A DNA stretch of 64,000 nt, taken from positions 18,600,001 through 18,664,000 of the forward strand of contig OZ024763.1 of assembly GCA_964016885.1 (NCBI GenBank), in the 5' to 3' direction. How positions within the stretch are numbered: position 1 is the first letter of the stretch; every line of letters starts with the position of its first letter. The notes beneath the pieces are model-generated. The model did no database searches and was not told the origin of the DNA. It saw only the letters and a list, made by a program, of their open reading frames with translations. Of this stretch, positions 50,391 to 64,000 are shown piece by piece. The DNA comes from Eledone cirrhosa. Lineage: Eukaryota. The translations under genes and the position numbers were made by a program.

Positions 50391-50519
50391 ATAGGAGTAA
50401 GTAAGACCCCGATGGCTGAGCTCAAGCCGTTTCGACGGCTAATTCTGTACACTAATTCTGTACAGAATTAGCCCTCGAAACGGCTTGAGCTCAGCCATCG
50501 GGGTCTTACTTACTCCTAT
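50391..50519. repeat. Long inverted repeat made of two 3' halves of a hammerhead-like motif
   Basis: Arms ataggagtaagtaagaccccgatggctgagctcaagccgtttcga and its reverse complement. It contains GAAA cggct..agcca UC ggggtc but no CUGANGA. Confidence 0.7.
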
Positions 50520-50595
50520 TACCCACTCTACTACCCTAAGTATTGAGTACTTTGGTGCGTTATGGTCCACCTGGTTCCTTACCACTTTTCCTTCG

Positions 50596-50638
<43 letters not shown>

Positions 50639-50839
50639 TCTATATACACATACACATACATACATACATACACAGTCATATACACACACATACATACCTC
50701 TATATTCTTACATATTTTCAGGATTTAGTAATAACCTGGGCAGGAGGTTTGCAAGGTTGCCAGATTTAACCTGGAAAATACAGGTGGGCCAGGGGCAAAT
50801 ACAGGTGGGGCCAGGGGCAAATACAGTGTGTGTATAATA

Positions 50840-50910
<71 letters not shown>

Positions 50911-51349
50911 TGTATATGCATATATATATATATTTATATACATATATACATGGACATATAGATATATATATATACATACATGTCTGTATATATATATATA
51001 TTTGTGTGTGTGTGTATGTTTGTGTATATACATATATTTATATATATTTATATACATATACATATATATATATATATGTAAGCAGGTATGTAAATTATAT
51101 ATATATATGATTTACATACCTGCTTACATATATATATATATATGTATATGTATATAAATATATATAAATATATGTATATATGTATGTATGTATGTGTGTG
51201 TTTGTGTATATACATATATATATATATTTATATACATATACACACATATATATATATATCATCATCATCATCATCAATATATATATATATATACATACAT
51301 CTGTGTGTGTGTATGTATGTATATATGTATATATATGTATATATATGTA

Positions 51350-51432
<83 letters not shown>

Positions 51433-51551
51433 GCATATACAGTCCTATGCGAGCAAGACAATCACTCTTGCCTCAAGTGGGACTACCCCCGTCCAAACCC
51501 ATGCAAGCGTGGAACACGGACGTTAAACGTTGATGATGATGATGATGACAC

Positions 51552-51587
<36 letters not shown>

Positions 51588-51694
51588 CGTTTCTGAATTT
51601 GTTTAGCAAGATTCTTTATCTGAAATCGTGTGTTGAAACTGATATTGTTATACTTTGGGAGGGTCATGTTGCCAATAAGAAACACACATATATA

Positions 51695-51710
51695 TATAGG
51701 CATACACAGG

Positions 51711-51769
<59 letters not shown>

Positions 51770-51780
51770 GCATACACAGG

Positions 51781-51841
<61 letters not shown>

Positions 51842-51852
51842 GCATACACAGG

Positions 51853-51902
<50 letters not shown>

Positions 51903-51912
51903 CATACACAGG

Positions 51913-51957
<45 letters not shown>

Positions 51958-51968
51958 GCATACACAGG

Positions 51969-52027
<59 letters not shown>

Positions 52028-52038
52028 GCATACACAGG

Positions 52039-52075
<37 letters not shown>
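51695..52075. repeat. aggcatacacaggtatg + (TA)n compound repeat, 6 copies
   Basis: Direct reading of the sequence. Confidence 0.9.
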
Positions 52076-52076
<1 letters not shown>

Positions 52077-52139
52077 AAGTGTGTCAGTATAAAAAGTTGT
52101 TTATAATTACATCAGATTATATAGTACATACACATTCAT

Positions 52140-52960
52140 GTGGTTGTGGTGGTGGTGGTTGTAGTGGTGGTGGTGGTGTTGTGGTGGTGGTGTTGTGGTG
52201 GTGGTTGTAGTGGTGGTGGTGGTGTGGTAGTGGTGGTGGTTGTAGTGGTGGTGGTGTTGTGGTGGTGTGGTAGTGGTGGTGGTTGTAGTGGTGGTGGTGT
52301 GGTGGTGGTGGTGGTGTTGTGGTGGTGGTTGTAGTGGTGGTGGTTGTAGTGGTGGTGGTGTTGTGGTGGTGTGGTAGTGGTGGTGGTTGTAGTGGTGGTG
52401 GTGTGGTGGTGGTGGTGGTGTTGTGGTGGTAGTGGTGGTTGTGGTTGAGGTGGTGTGGTGGTGGTGTTGTGGTGGTAGTGGTGGTTGTGGTTGAGGTGGT
52501 GTGGTGGTGGTGTTGTGGTGGTGGTGGTTATAGTGGTGGTTGTGGTGGTGGTTATAGTTGTAGTAGTGGTGATGGTGGTGATTGTAGTGGTGGTTGTGGT
52601 TGAGGTGGTGTGGTAGTGGTGATGGTGGTGTTGTGGTGGTGGTGGTTATAGTGGTGGTTGTGGTGGTGGTAGTGGTGATGGTGGTGATTGTAGTGGTGGT
52701 TGTGGTTGAGGTGGTGTGGTAGTGGTGATGGTGGTGTTGTGGTGGTGGTGGTTATAGTGGTGGTTGTAGTGGTGGTAGTGGTGATGCTGGTGTTGTGGTG
52801 GTGGTGGTGTGGTAGTGGTGATGGTGGCAGTGATGGTGGTGTTGGTGGTAGTGGTGATGATGGTTGTAGTGGTGGTTGTGGTGTTGTGGTTGTAGTGGTG
52901 GTGGTTGTGGTGTATGGTGTTGTGGTTGTGGTGGTGGTTGGGGAGGGTGTGGTGGGGTGG
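52140..52960. repeat. (GGT)n-type low-complexity tract
   Basis: Direct reading of the sequence. Confidence 0.92.
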
Positions 52961-53131
52961 TGTACTGGCTTTAACATAATCTTTATCGATTAACCCAAGA
53001 TCAAAGATTTAGTCTGAGTGTGTGTGTGTGTGAGTATAGGTACGTGTGTGTGTGTGTGAGTATAGGTACGTGTGTGTGTGTGTGAGTATAGGTACGTGTG
53101 TGTGTGTGGGGGTTATTTGTGAGTATAGGTA

Positions 53132-53171
<40 letters not shown>

Positions 53172-53227
53172 GATGGTGCAAATCTATCTATTGATATATA
53201 TATATATATGTGTGGGATGGATAAAGA

Positions 53228-54950
<1,723 letters not shown>

Positions 54951-55203
54951 GTGTGTGTGTATGTAAATCTGTATATCTCTCTCTATATATATATGTGTGT
55001 GTATATATATATATATATACACACACATATACACACATATGTATCTATATAAATATATGCATGGGGGTGGCATGGGTGAAGGTGTTTATATATGTGTGTA
55101 TACGGTTGTGTATTTGTGTACAGCTGTGTGTGTGTGTGTGTATATGACTATGTATGTATGTGCATTTTTTGTTTTTAGTCACACCTGTGTGTATATAAAT
55201 AAT

Positions 55204-55240
<37 letters not shown>

Positions 55241-55470
55241 CATACACACACCCCGATATATATGTATATATTATGTGTGTATAACATAGCGTCTATATAA
55301 TTATTTCTATATATGCACCTCTATGTTTGTGTGTGTATATGGGTTTTGTTTTCAAGTGACTGTTTTTATGTAAATAGTGAGTGTATATAAAGTATTTGTA
55401 TAAATACCTCCATATATATACATATATATATATGATAAAGAACACAAGAGCGTCTACAACATCAAAAGAT

Positions 55471-55530
55471 TTTTATTGGCTTACAATGTTTCTTCCTTAC
55501 GTAACCGTAGGATTCGTCAGAGCTATAAAA
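55471..55530 (-). ncRNA. Type I hammerhead ribozyme motif, family H4
   Basis: The reverse complement reads ttttatagct CUGACGA atcctacg-gtta-cgtaaggaa GAAA c-att-g UA agccaataaaa. Confidence 0.68.
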
Positions 55531-55859
55531 GGGGTTTGATTGGTGTTATGGACTCTACCAACCAAACATTCAAGAACAAAGAGTAAAGAGAGTAAAGAGC
55601 AAAAGCAGGGGACGATAAGTCTAATTTTGGTGCGGGAGGGTGGAGTGTGGGTCCTTGTTTACTAGCTGCGGTCATATTCATTCCCGGGAGTCGGGTGGTT
55701 AGCTGAACCATAGATGGGGTGGCGTCGATAGTATGGTGCAGAGGGTGTGCAGAGTCTACACAAACACAAAGGGCATACAATATATATATATATAGCGGAG
55801 GAGAAAGTACATGAGGTAATTAGAAATGGAAAAAGAGTAATAATAATAATCTATAATTA

Positions 55860-56048
55860 ATAGTTTCTACTTTAGGCACAAGGCCAGCAATCACCCAGTG
55901 CATTACTGGTACTTTATTTTATCGACCCCGTAAGGATGAAAGGCAAAGTCAACCTCGGCGGGATTTGAACTCAGATCGTAAAGGGACGTAACTATGCTGG
56001 AAAGCATGGCGTCCGACCCTCTACCGATACTGCCAATCCACCGCCCTT
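55860..56048 (-). mobile_element. SINE family A, full length
   Basis: Clean consensus copy, flanked by the direct repeat aataatctataattaata (possible TSD or tail). Confidence 0.88.
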
Positions 56049-56344
56049 ATAATAATCTATAATTAATAATGTATAATAAGGCATGGGGAAGATTACATTA
56101 TAATAAGGTATAAAAGTAAGAATAAGGTAAAATATAAAGGAGAATAAAAGTGGAAATAATAAAGATAAAAAAAATATATATGTAAAAAAATATATAGAGA
56201 ATATATAAAGAAATATAAGCGAGTATTTGGAGGGGAAAACACAATGTAAAAAAACCGATTTTTTTCAAGTAAAAATAAAAATATTATAATTATGGGGGGG
56301 AGAAAACGGGATAGAGAAATATGATCAAATGTGATTAGTTGAGA

Positions 56345-56380
<36 letters not shown>

Positions 56381-56429
56381 CTCTCTGAGTATATAACAGG
56401 CTACACACCTCTGTTGGTTGAAGTGATGT

Positions 56430-56598
56430 ATGCTTACATAATTATCTCACATAATATCGAATCTATGAGATTTTGATATTATTTATTTTGAGATCAATAC
56501 CTTAACATCAGTATGAGTGGCCGGTTACATCCGGTTTGAACAGAAAGAGGTGAGAGAATTCTGGCCGGATACGGTTGGTTTAAATGCTAAAGGGTTAA
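56430..56598 (-). mobile_element. piggyBac-like MITE left-end fragment
   Basis: Reverse complement of 25996-26160, ending aatgctaaaggg|TTAA. Confidence 0.7.
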
Positions 56599-56615
56599 AG
56601 TTTTTATGTTTGCAG

Positions 56616-56667
56616 ACACTATATATATTTGAATGGCCAGTATAATTCCAGCTACATCATCAGGTGT
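56616..56667 (-). ncRNA. Degenerate hammerhead motif, family H5
   Basis: The reverse complement reads acac CUGAUGA tgtagctggaattatactggccatt cAAA t-atat-a UA gtgt. G12 is missing. Confidence 0.5.
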
Positions 56668-56804
56668 ATTGAATAACAGTCATAAAGGAATCATGGTAAA
56701 CACAAACTGGGTACTTGGAGACAAAAAATAATAATGAAATTGGATATATTTAACTCAAGGGTGGTCTACGTTCTGTTGGTTAGATTGACCACCCATGAAT
56801 TATG

Positions 56805-57785
56805 TTTGGGTCTGAGACTTGGACACTGACCAGGAAACACAGTCAGATGGTGGATGGGTGCTACACGAGAATGCTGAGGATGGCTCTGAACATGAATCAG
56901 TAAACACTGAGGATGAAGAACGTAGAGCTGTATGGGAGCCTCCCAAAAGTCTGCTTGAAAGTAGCACAGAGGAGACTGAGGTTAGCTGGACATGCTCACC
57001 GACATCCAGAGTTGACACTGCACTCAGTGCACCTGTGGGAGCCCCTGCATGGACACACTGGAAGAGGGAGACAGAGGTTAGCTGGACATGCTCACAGACA
57101 TCCAGAGTTGACACTGCACTCAGTGTTCCTTTGGGAGCCCCTGCATGGACACACTGGAAGAGGGAGACTGAGGTTAGCTGGACATACTCACTGACATCCA
57201 GAGTTGACATTGCACTCAGTGTTCCTTTGGGAGCCCCTGCATGGATACACTGGAAGAGGGAGACTGAGGTTAGCTGGACATACTCACTGACATCCAGAGT
57301 TGACATTGCACTCAGTGTTCCTTTGGGAGCCCCTGCAGGGATACACTGGAAGAGGGAGACTGAGGTTAGCTGGACATACTCACTGACATCCAGAGTTGAC
57401 ATTGCACTCAGTGCTCCTGTGGGAGCCCCTGCATGGACACACTAGAAGAGGGAGACAGAGGTTAGCTGGACATGCTCACTGACATCCAGAGTTGACACTG
57501 CACTCAGTGCTCCTGTGGGAGCCCCTGCATGGACACACTAGAAGAGGGAGACAGAGGTTATCTGGACATGCTCACTGACATCCAGAGTTGACACTGCACT
57601 CAGTGCTCCTGTGGGATCCCCTACAGGGACACACTAGAAGAGGGAGACCGAGGTTGACATATGTTGATGCCCTAAGGACAGACACAGGTCTCTGGTAGAC
57701 ACAGGACATGGCGGGGATGATGAGGGACAGAGACCGCTGGAGAGAACTCGTCCATGGATCTCGGGAATTTTACCCACCCTAGATA
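56805..57785 (+). mobile_element. RTE family 3 copy with an internal 96-bp unit amplified about 7 times (56971-57655)
   Basis: Homologous to 49645-50050. The unit starts at 57071 and 57167, and the copy ends ttttacccaccctag followed by (AT)n. Confidence 0.9.
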
Positions 57786-57939
57786 TATATATATATATAT
57801 ATATATTCTTAGTGCTTAATAGTCCAAGAATTCAGTTTACATACATTACTCTTACTATTTTACCTGTTCCAGCCATCTGGCTGAGGCCATGCTGGGGCAC
57901 CACCCTTACATTGTTTGTTTAAAAGTTATTTTATTCATG

Positions 57940-57966
57940 TTTTTTTTTGTCTCTTTTCAGGTGAGT
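57940..57966 (+). other. Candidate recursive splice site (3' splice site abutting 5' splice site)
   Basis: tttttttttgtctcttttcAG|GTGAGT. Confidence 0.4.
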
Positions 57967-58309
57967 GTTTTTGTTTTGTTTACTTCTCCACAATAAAACG
58001 TGGTTTTGATGATGAGGAGATAATAATACATGCTCTGTAGAGATGGTCACGTCTGGAGATACATACTGGCTTTATGTAAGACACTTTTCTTCTACTTCTT
58101 CATACATTCGTTGTTCAATCAACTGATACCAAAGCTTCCATCGGGTATAATCTACCATAGATAATCTCGAATGTAGGAAAAGACAAAAGAGCCCCTTACA
58201 GTGGTGTCGGAAGAGCGTCGGACACCATGCTTTGCAGCATTGACTTACGACCCTTTATGATCTGAGTTCAAATCCTACCAATGGAATCAATGTGTGTGTG
58301 TGTGTGTGT

Positions 58310-58363
<54 letters not shown>

Positions 58364-58879
58364 TCTTAATTATAACTACATTATTACAGTTATTGTCTCA
58401 TTAAGTGCATATGTGTGTGTTGACCAGGTAGACTATAAGCTGAACTAACTAATACAAGAGAGCTCCATTATCTGGTATCAGTCAGTTTTAGTTGTATTCT
58501 ACCTAATCTATTCTAAACTATGGACTTCTGTCTGAAAAGTTGAACCCTCCTCCACTTCCTCCAAGCGTGAATCTAATATAACTGTGTATTTTTGCATTCC
58601 TGTGTTTGTTTTGTTTTGTTTTATTTAATAACTATATATATACATACATATATATAATCCTTTACTTACCAACGCGACCAAAACTGGCTCTGGTCCTATG
58701 AAATAAAGCCACTCATTTTAAAGGGAAAGTTGATTAAATTAACCCCAGTGGTTAGCTTTGCCTTTCATCCTTACGAGGGTCGATAAAATAAAGTACCAGT
58801 AACATATTGGGGTCGATTTAATCGACTTTCCCCTTCCCCCAAATTGCTGGTCTTGTGCCTCTCGTAGAAATCATTATGA

Positions 58880-60908
58880 TCATAAGTCTAACACCCTTAC
58901 CACTAGGCCACACACCGTCACACAACACACAGCTCAGTCCAGGAATCAAACCTACCCCATTATGACCACAAGTCCAACACCCTTACCACATGCCACATAC
59001 CGTCACACAACACACAGCTCAGTCCAGGAATCAAACCTACCCCATTATGACCACAAGTCCAACACCCTTACCACAAGGCCACATACCGTCACACAACACA
59101 CAGCTCAGTCCAGGAATCAAACCTACAACATTATGACCACAAGTCCAACACCCTTACCACTACACTAGGCTACATACCGTCACACAACACACAGCTCAGT
59201 CCAGGAATCAAACCTACAACATTATGACCACAAGTCCAACACCCTTACCACTAGGCTACATACCGTCACACAACACACAGCTCAGTCCAGGAATCAAACC
59301 TACCCCATTATGACCACAAGTCCAACACCCTTACCACAAGGCTACATACTGTCACACAACACACAGCTCAGTCCAGGAATCAAACCTACCCCATTATGAC
59401 CACAAGTCTAACACCCTTACCACCATGCCACACACCGTCACACAACACACAGCTCAGTCCAGGAATCAAACCTACAACATTATGACCACAAGTCCAACAC
59501 CCTTACCACAAGGCTACATACCGTCACACAACACACAGCTCAGTCCAGGAATCAAACCTACAACATTATGACCACGAGTCCAACACCCTTACCACTAGGC
59601 TACATACCGTCACACAACACACAGCTCAGTCCAGGAATCAAACCTACCCCATTATGACCACAAGTCCAACACCCTTACCACTAGGCTACATACCGTCACA
59701 CAACACACAGCTCAGTCCAGGAATCAAACCCACAACATTATGCGCATAAGTCCAACACCCTTACCACATGCCACATACCGTCACACAACACACAGCTCAG
59801 TCCAGGAATCAAACCTACCCCATTATGACCACAAGTCCAACACCCTTACCACAAGGCCACATACCGTCACACAACACACAGCTCAGTCCAGGAATCAAAC
59901 CTACAACATTATGACCACAAGTCCAACACCCTTACCACTACACTAGGCTACATACCGTCACACAACACACAGCTCAGTCCAGGAATCAAACCTACAACAT
60001 TATGACCACAAGTCCAACACCCTTACCACTAGGCTACATACCGTCACACAACACACAGCTCAGTCCAGGAATCAAACCTACCCCATTATGACCACAAGTC
60101 CAACACCCTTACCACAAGGCTACATACTGTCACACAACACACAGCTCAGTCCAGGAATCAAACCTACCCCATTATGACCACAAGTCTAACACCCTTACCA
60201 CCATGCCACACACCGTCACACAACACACAGCTCAGTCCAGGAATCAAACCTACAACATTATGACCACAAGTCCAACACCCTTACCACAAGGCTACATACC
60301 GTCACACAACACACAGCTCAGTCCAGGAATCAAACCTACAACATTATGACCACGAGTCCAACACCCTTACCACTAGGCTACATACCGTCACACAACACAC
60401 AGCTCAGTCCAGGAATCAAACCTACCCCATTATGACCACAAGTCCAACACCCTTACCACTAGGCTACATACCGTCACACAACACACAGCTCAGTCCAGGA
60501 ATCAAACCCACAACATTATGCGCATAAGTCCAACACATTTACCACAAGGCCACATACCGTCACACAACACACAGCTCAGTCCAGGAATCAAACCCACCCC
60601 ATTATGACCACAAGTCCAACACATTTACCACTAGGCTACATACCGTCACACAACACACAGCTCAGTCCAGGAATCAAACCCACAACATTATGACCACAAG
60701 TCCAACACCCTTATCACTACACTAGGCCACACACCGTCACACAACACACAGCTCAGTCCAGGAATCAAACCCACAACATTATGACCACAAGTCCAACACC
60801 CTTATCACTACACTAGGCCACACACCGTCACACAACACACAGCTCAGTCCAGGAATCAAACCCACAACATTATGCGCATAAGTCCAACACATTTACCACA
60901 AGGCCACA
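58880..60908 (-). repeat. About 86-bp array (about 23 units) of the SINE C tRNA-like head, with a 778-bp higher-order repeat
   Basis: The reverse-complement unit gcctagtggtaagggtgttggacttgtggtcataatg..ggtttgattcctggactgagctgtgtgttgtgtgacgg matches 19600-19765. Variants recur at 58981/59759 and 59741/60519. Confidence 0.92.
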
Positions 60909-61229
60909 TTATATCTCATGTCCTGTCCTGATATGATGTAAATCTTCCGCTAGGTTTATCTTCTATCATCCATCTTGATTTATTCTCAGTTTGTCTGACA
61001 TCATTATATATACATATTGTAATATAATCCACCTATCACGTCAATCTCATTATTCTCTTCCATTCAATCTCTGCTGCTGCTGCTTCTTCATTTAATTTAT
61101 TACTTTCTTATTTTAGTTTAATTCTTTGGTTCTTTGGATCTTTGTTTTGTTTGCTTTGTGTTTTAAGCCTTAACGACAACGAAGCCCATGCTGGATCATC
61201 ATAGCTTTATTATATATATGTACTCTCGG

Positions 61230-61865
61230 TGAGGGGGGGAGGGGGGTCCTAAATAATAGGTGTGGTGGTGTGGTGGTGTGTGTGTGTGGAATAAGCGTCG
61301 GGAGAGGTTGGAATAAGCTGGGGGAGGGAGTTGGAATAGGTAGGGGGAGTTGGAATAAGCTGGGGGGGGGGGGTAATAAGTAGGGGGAGGGGTTGGAATA
61401 AGCATGGGGGGGTTGGGTGTTGGAATAAGCTGGGGGGTTGGAATATGCTGGGGGTGGGTAGTAATAAGCACGAGGGAGGGGTTGGAATAAGCACCGGGGG
61501 GGGGGGGGGGGTGTGTGGAATATTCTGGGGGGGGGGTGACGGGTTGGAATAAGTTGGAGGGGGTGGTAATAAAGTAGGGTGGTTGGAATAAGCTTGAGGG
61601 GAGGTTGGAATAAGCTGGGGGTGGGGTGGAATATGTGTGTGTGTGGGGGGGATAAGCGGGGGTGGAATATGTGTGTGTGGGGGGGATAAGCGGAGGTGGG
61701 GTGGAATATGTGTGTGGGGGGGATAAGCGGAGTGGGGTTGAATATGTGTGTGGGGGGATAAACGGAGGTGGGGTGGAATATGTGTGTGTGGGGGGATGGG
61801 TGGAGTGGAATATGTGTGTGTGTAGGGGGGGGGGGATAAGCGGGATGGGGGTGGGGTGCAGGTGG
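61230..61865 (+). repeat. G-rich degenerate minisatellite (ggttggaataagctgggg / ggggtggaatatgtgtg)
   Basis: Dense G-runs with quadruplex potential. The motif also occurs once at about 1702-1735. Confidence 0.75.
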
Positions 61866-62080
61866 AGTTTAAAGAGTAGGGGTGCTTTGAATAATAGGAA
61901 AATCGGAATAAGTGTGTGTGTGGAGGGGAGGAGTTGGTAATTTATCTAGGTTGTCTCCACTGGCTTTTTTTAAAAACCAGAATTAGTCGTTTAGTTTACA
62001 TATTTAGACCCCCAACAGAACCCAACCCAACCTATTTTATAACATGTGGGATTTCTAGTAATGTATGTTTTTTTAATGTA

Positions 62081-62167
62081 TTGGGTCGTCAAATATGAAA
62101 TTTGTAGAAATTTTTTTTTTTTTTTTTTTGCTACAAGTTTCTACAAATTTCATACTTGACGACCCAA
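62081..62167. mobile_element. mariner-type MITE with 30-bp TIRs and a TA TSD
   Basis: TA|ttgggtcgtcaaatatgaaatttgtagaaa ... tttctacaaatttcatacttgacgacccaa|TA. The empty site is visible in the paralog at about 1283. Confidence 0.8.
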
Positions 62168-62411
62168 TATAAAGACAATTAATTGCTGCAGGAATGCTGC
62201 CACTTAAAATATAATTTTGCAGGCAATAGATTAGCAAAAGTTAATAAGTGGGGTGGTGGTGGGGAGGGGGGGGGGGGGGCAGGAGGGACAGGAAAGACCC
62301 GAGTGTCTGTTAAAACTGCAACCTTTCTTTCTACCCTTTAAAGGTCTGTTCACTATATTTTTCTATCTGTATAAATAATACATTGAAACTAAGCAGTTTC
62401 TCATACAAACC

Positions 62412-62444
<33 letters not shown>

Positions 62445-62473
<29 letters not shown>

Positions 62474-63962
62474 ACGTTTAACGTCCGTGTTCCACGCTTG
62501 CATGGGTTTGGACGGGGGTAGTCCCACTTGAGGCAAGAGTGATTGTCTTGCTCGCATAGGACTGTCTGGCAGGTTTTCTACAGTTGGATGCCCTTCCTAA
62601 CACCAACCACATTTACAGTGTGGGGCTGGGAGGTTTTTACCGTGTTGCCTACACGGCCACATTACAGCGTGGACTGTGTGTTTTTTTTGTCGTGACACCT
62701 ACACGATCTCATTTGTTTCGGCCTCGATGGCGCGGCACCAACATAAATTTACATAGAACGGGGTGGTGTGGATGGGGTGGTGGTGGTGGTGGTGGGACGG
62801 GGTGTATTTTGTTAGAGATGCCTACTGGCTGGAGTAGGTTTTACTATATATTTAGGTAAGGCGGGTCTTCTCTGTTACTGAGTACCGCCAAAGGTCTCGG
62901 TCCAGTGACATTGTCTTGGAGAGGTGTAAGTGTGTGATGTCGGAGTTTATCAGCTCGTCCCAGGTTTTTCTAGGTCTGCCTATTCCGTGACTACCGTCTA
63001 TCTTTATTGCCCTGCACTTTGTTATACAGCTATCGACTTTCATGCGCATCACGTGTCCATACCAACGTAGCCTTCTCTCGAGTAAACAACATCTGATCCC
63101 TCTTATCTCTAATTTTTTCCTTAGTTCGTTTATGCTTTGCCGTTCACGTATATTACTGTTACACATCCAGCGGAGCATGCAAGCTTCGTTCCTCTCTAGT
63201 CTGCGTATATCCTCTGCACACAATGCCCAGGTCTCACTGCCATGCAGCATTGCTGTTCGTATGCAGGCATCGTACAACCTGCCTTTCATTTTTAGGGAGA
63301 ACCCTTTAGCAGCTAATAGTGGTATAAGCTCTCTGAACTTTTTCCAACCAGTTCTGACTCTAGCTACAGTACTTTCAGAGCACCCTCCCCCACTGCTGAT
63401 TTTATCGCCCAGGTAACGGAAGCTGTCCACTATTTCTATAGAACCCTCTGCGCAATTGAAAGAGCTAGTATTTTGTGGGCACTTGCTGCTACTTATTGCA
63501 CCAGAACACCGGCCACATGTAAAATCTATGTTCTTAGTTAGCTTACCTGTGATCCCACTACATCTTTTATGCACCCATACTTTGCATTTAGGACATAAAA
63601 TGGAGTTTCTACCTACGCCTTTCCTACACACCGAGCACGACCATTTCCCAGAAGGGACCGCCGCCTTGTTTTCTTTCCTACAAACTAGTACTTTGGTCTT
63701 AGCCAGGTTAATTTTAAGTCCTTTTGACTCTAGGCCGTGCTTCCATGTTTGGAATTTCTTCTCTAGCTCTCGGCCATTGATTCCGCTATGAGTGTCAGGT
63801 CGTCTGCGTATAGGAGTTCCCATGGGAAGCCTGTCTTGAACTCCTCTGTTATAGCCTGAAGGGCAATAATAAATAGTAGGGGGCTGAGAACAGAGCCCTG
63901 ATGGACGCCAACTTTTACGCTAAACTCTTCACTATATTCGTTGTTAATTCTAACCTTGCTGA
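62445..63962 (-). pseudogene. RTE LINE family 2, 5'-truncated reverse transcriptase with 3' UTR
   Basis: VGVHQGSVLSPLLF and YADD (63799-63810), a frameshift near 63770, a Cys-rich insert (CSVC..CPKC..HKRC..CGRC), then HGSETW and RRLRWYGHV, with a (GAT)n tail. Confidence 0.92.
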
Positions 63963-64000
63963 CTGTTTCTTTATTCTTTATATATATATATATATATATA

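Overview
This is eukaryotic, AT-rich, repeat-saturated non-coding DNA. It is probably intronic or intergenic sequence from an octopus or other coleoid cephalopod; I infer this from the tRNA-derived SINE and RTE repertoire and the microsatellite load, and it is not proven. No host protein-coding exon can be supported, and almost all ORFs in the track are translations of micro- or minisatellites. The only real coding sequence is retrotransposon remnants: four RTE-clade LINE families and one L1/Tx1-like 3' fragment. The window also holds three tRNA-derived SINE families, mariner/pogo/piggyBac-like MITEs, a non-autonomous Helitron and a 7 kb 66-bp satellite. Most notable: (1) at least eight type I hammerhead-ribozyme motifs, intact, degenerate or truncated, from several unrelated sequence families, in short Penelope-LTR/retrozyme-like elements next to (TA)n, often in inverted pairs; (2) a candidate recursive-splicing ratchet point, TTTTCAG|GTGAGT, at 57960/57961; (3) many minisatellite arrays whose unit can be traced to a TE copy in this same window, including arrays of tRNA-like Pol III heads with a 778-bp higher-order repeat; (4) paralogous blocks at the two ends of the window that show each other's empty insertion sites. 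Coordinates were read by eye and most element edges are approximate.
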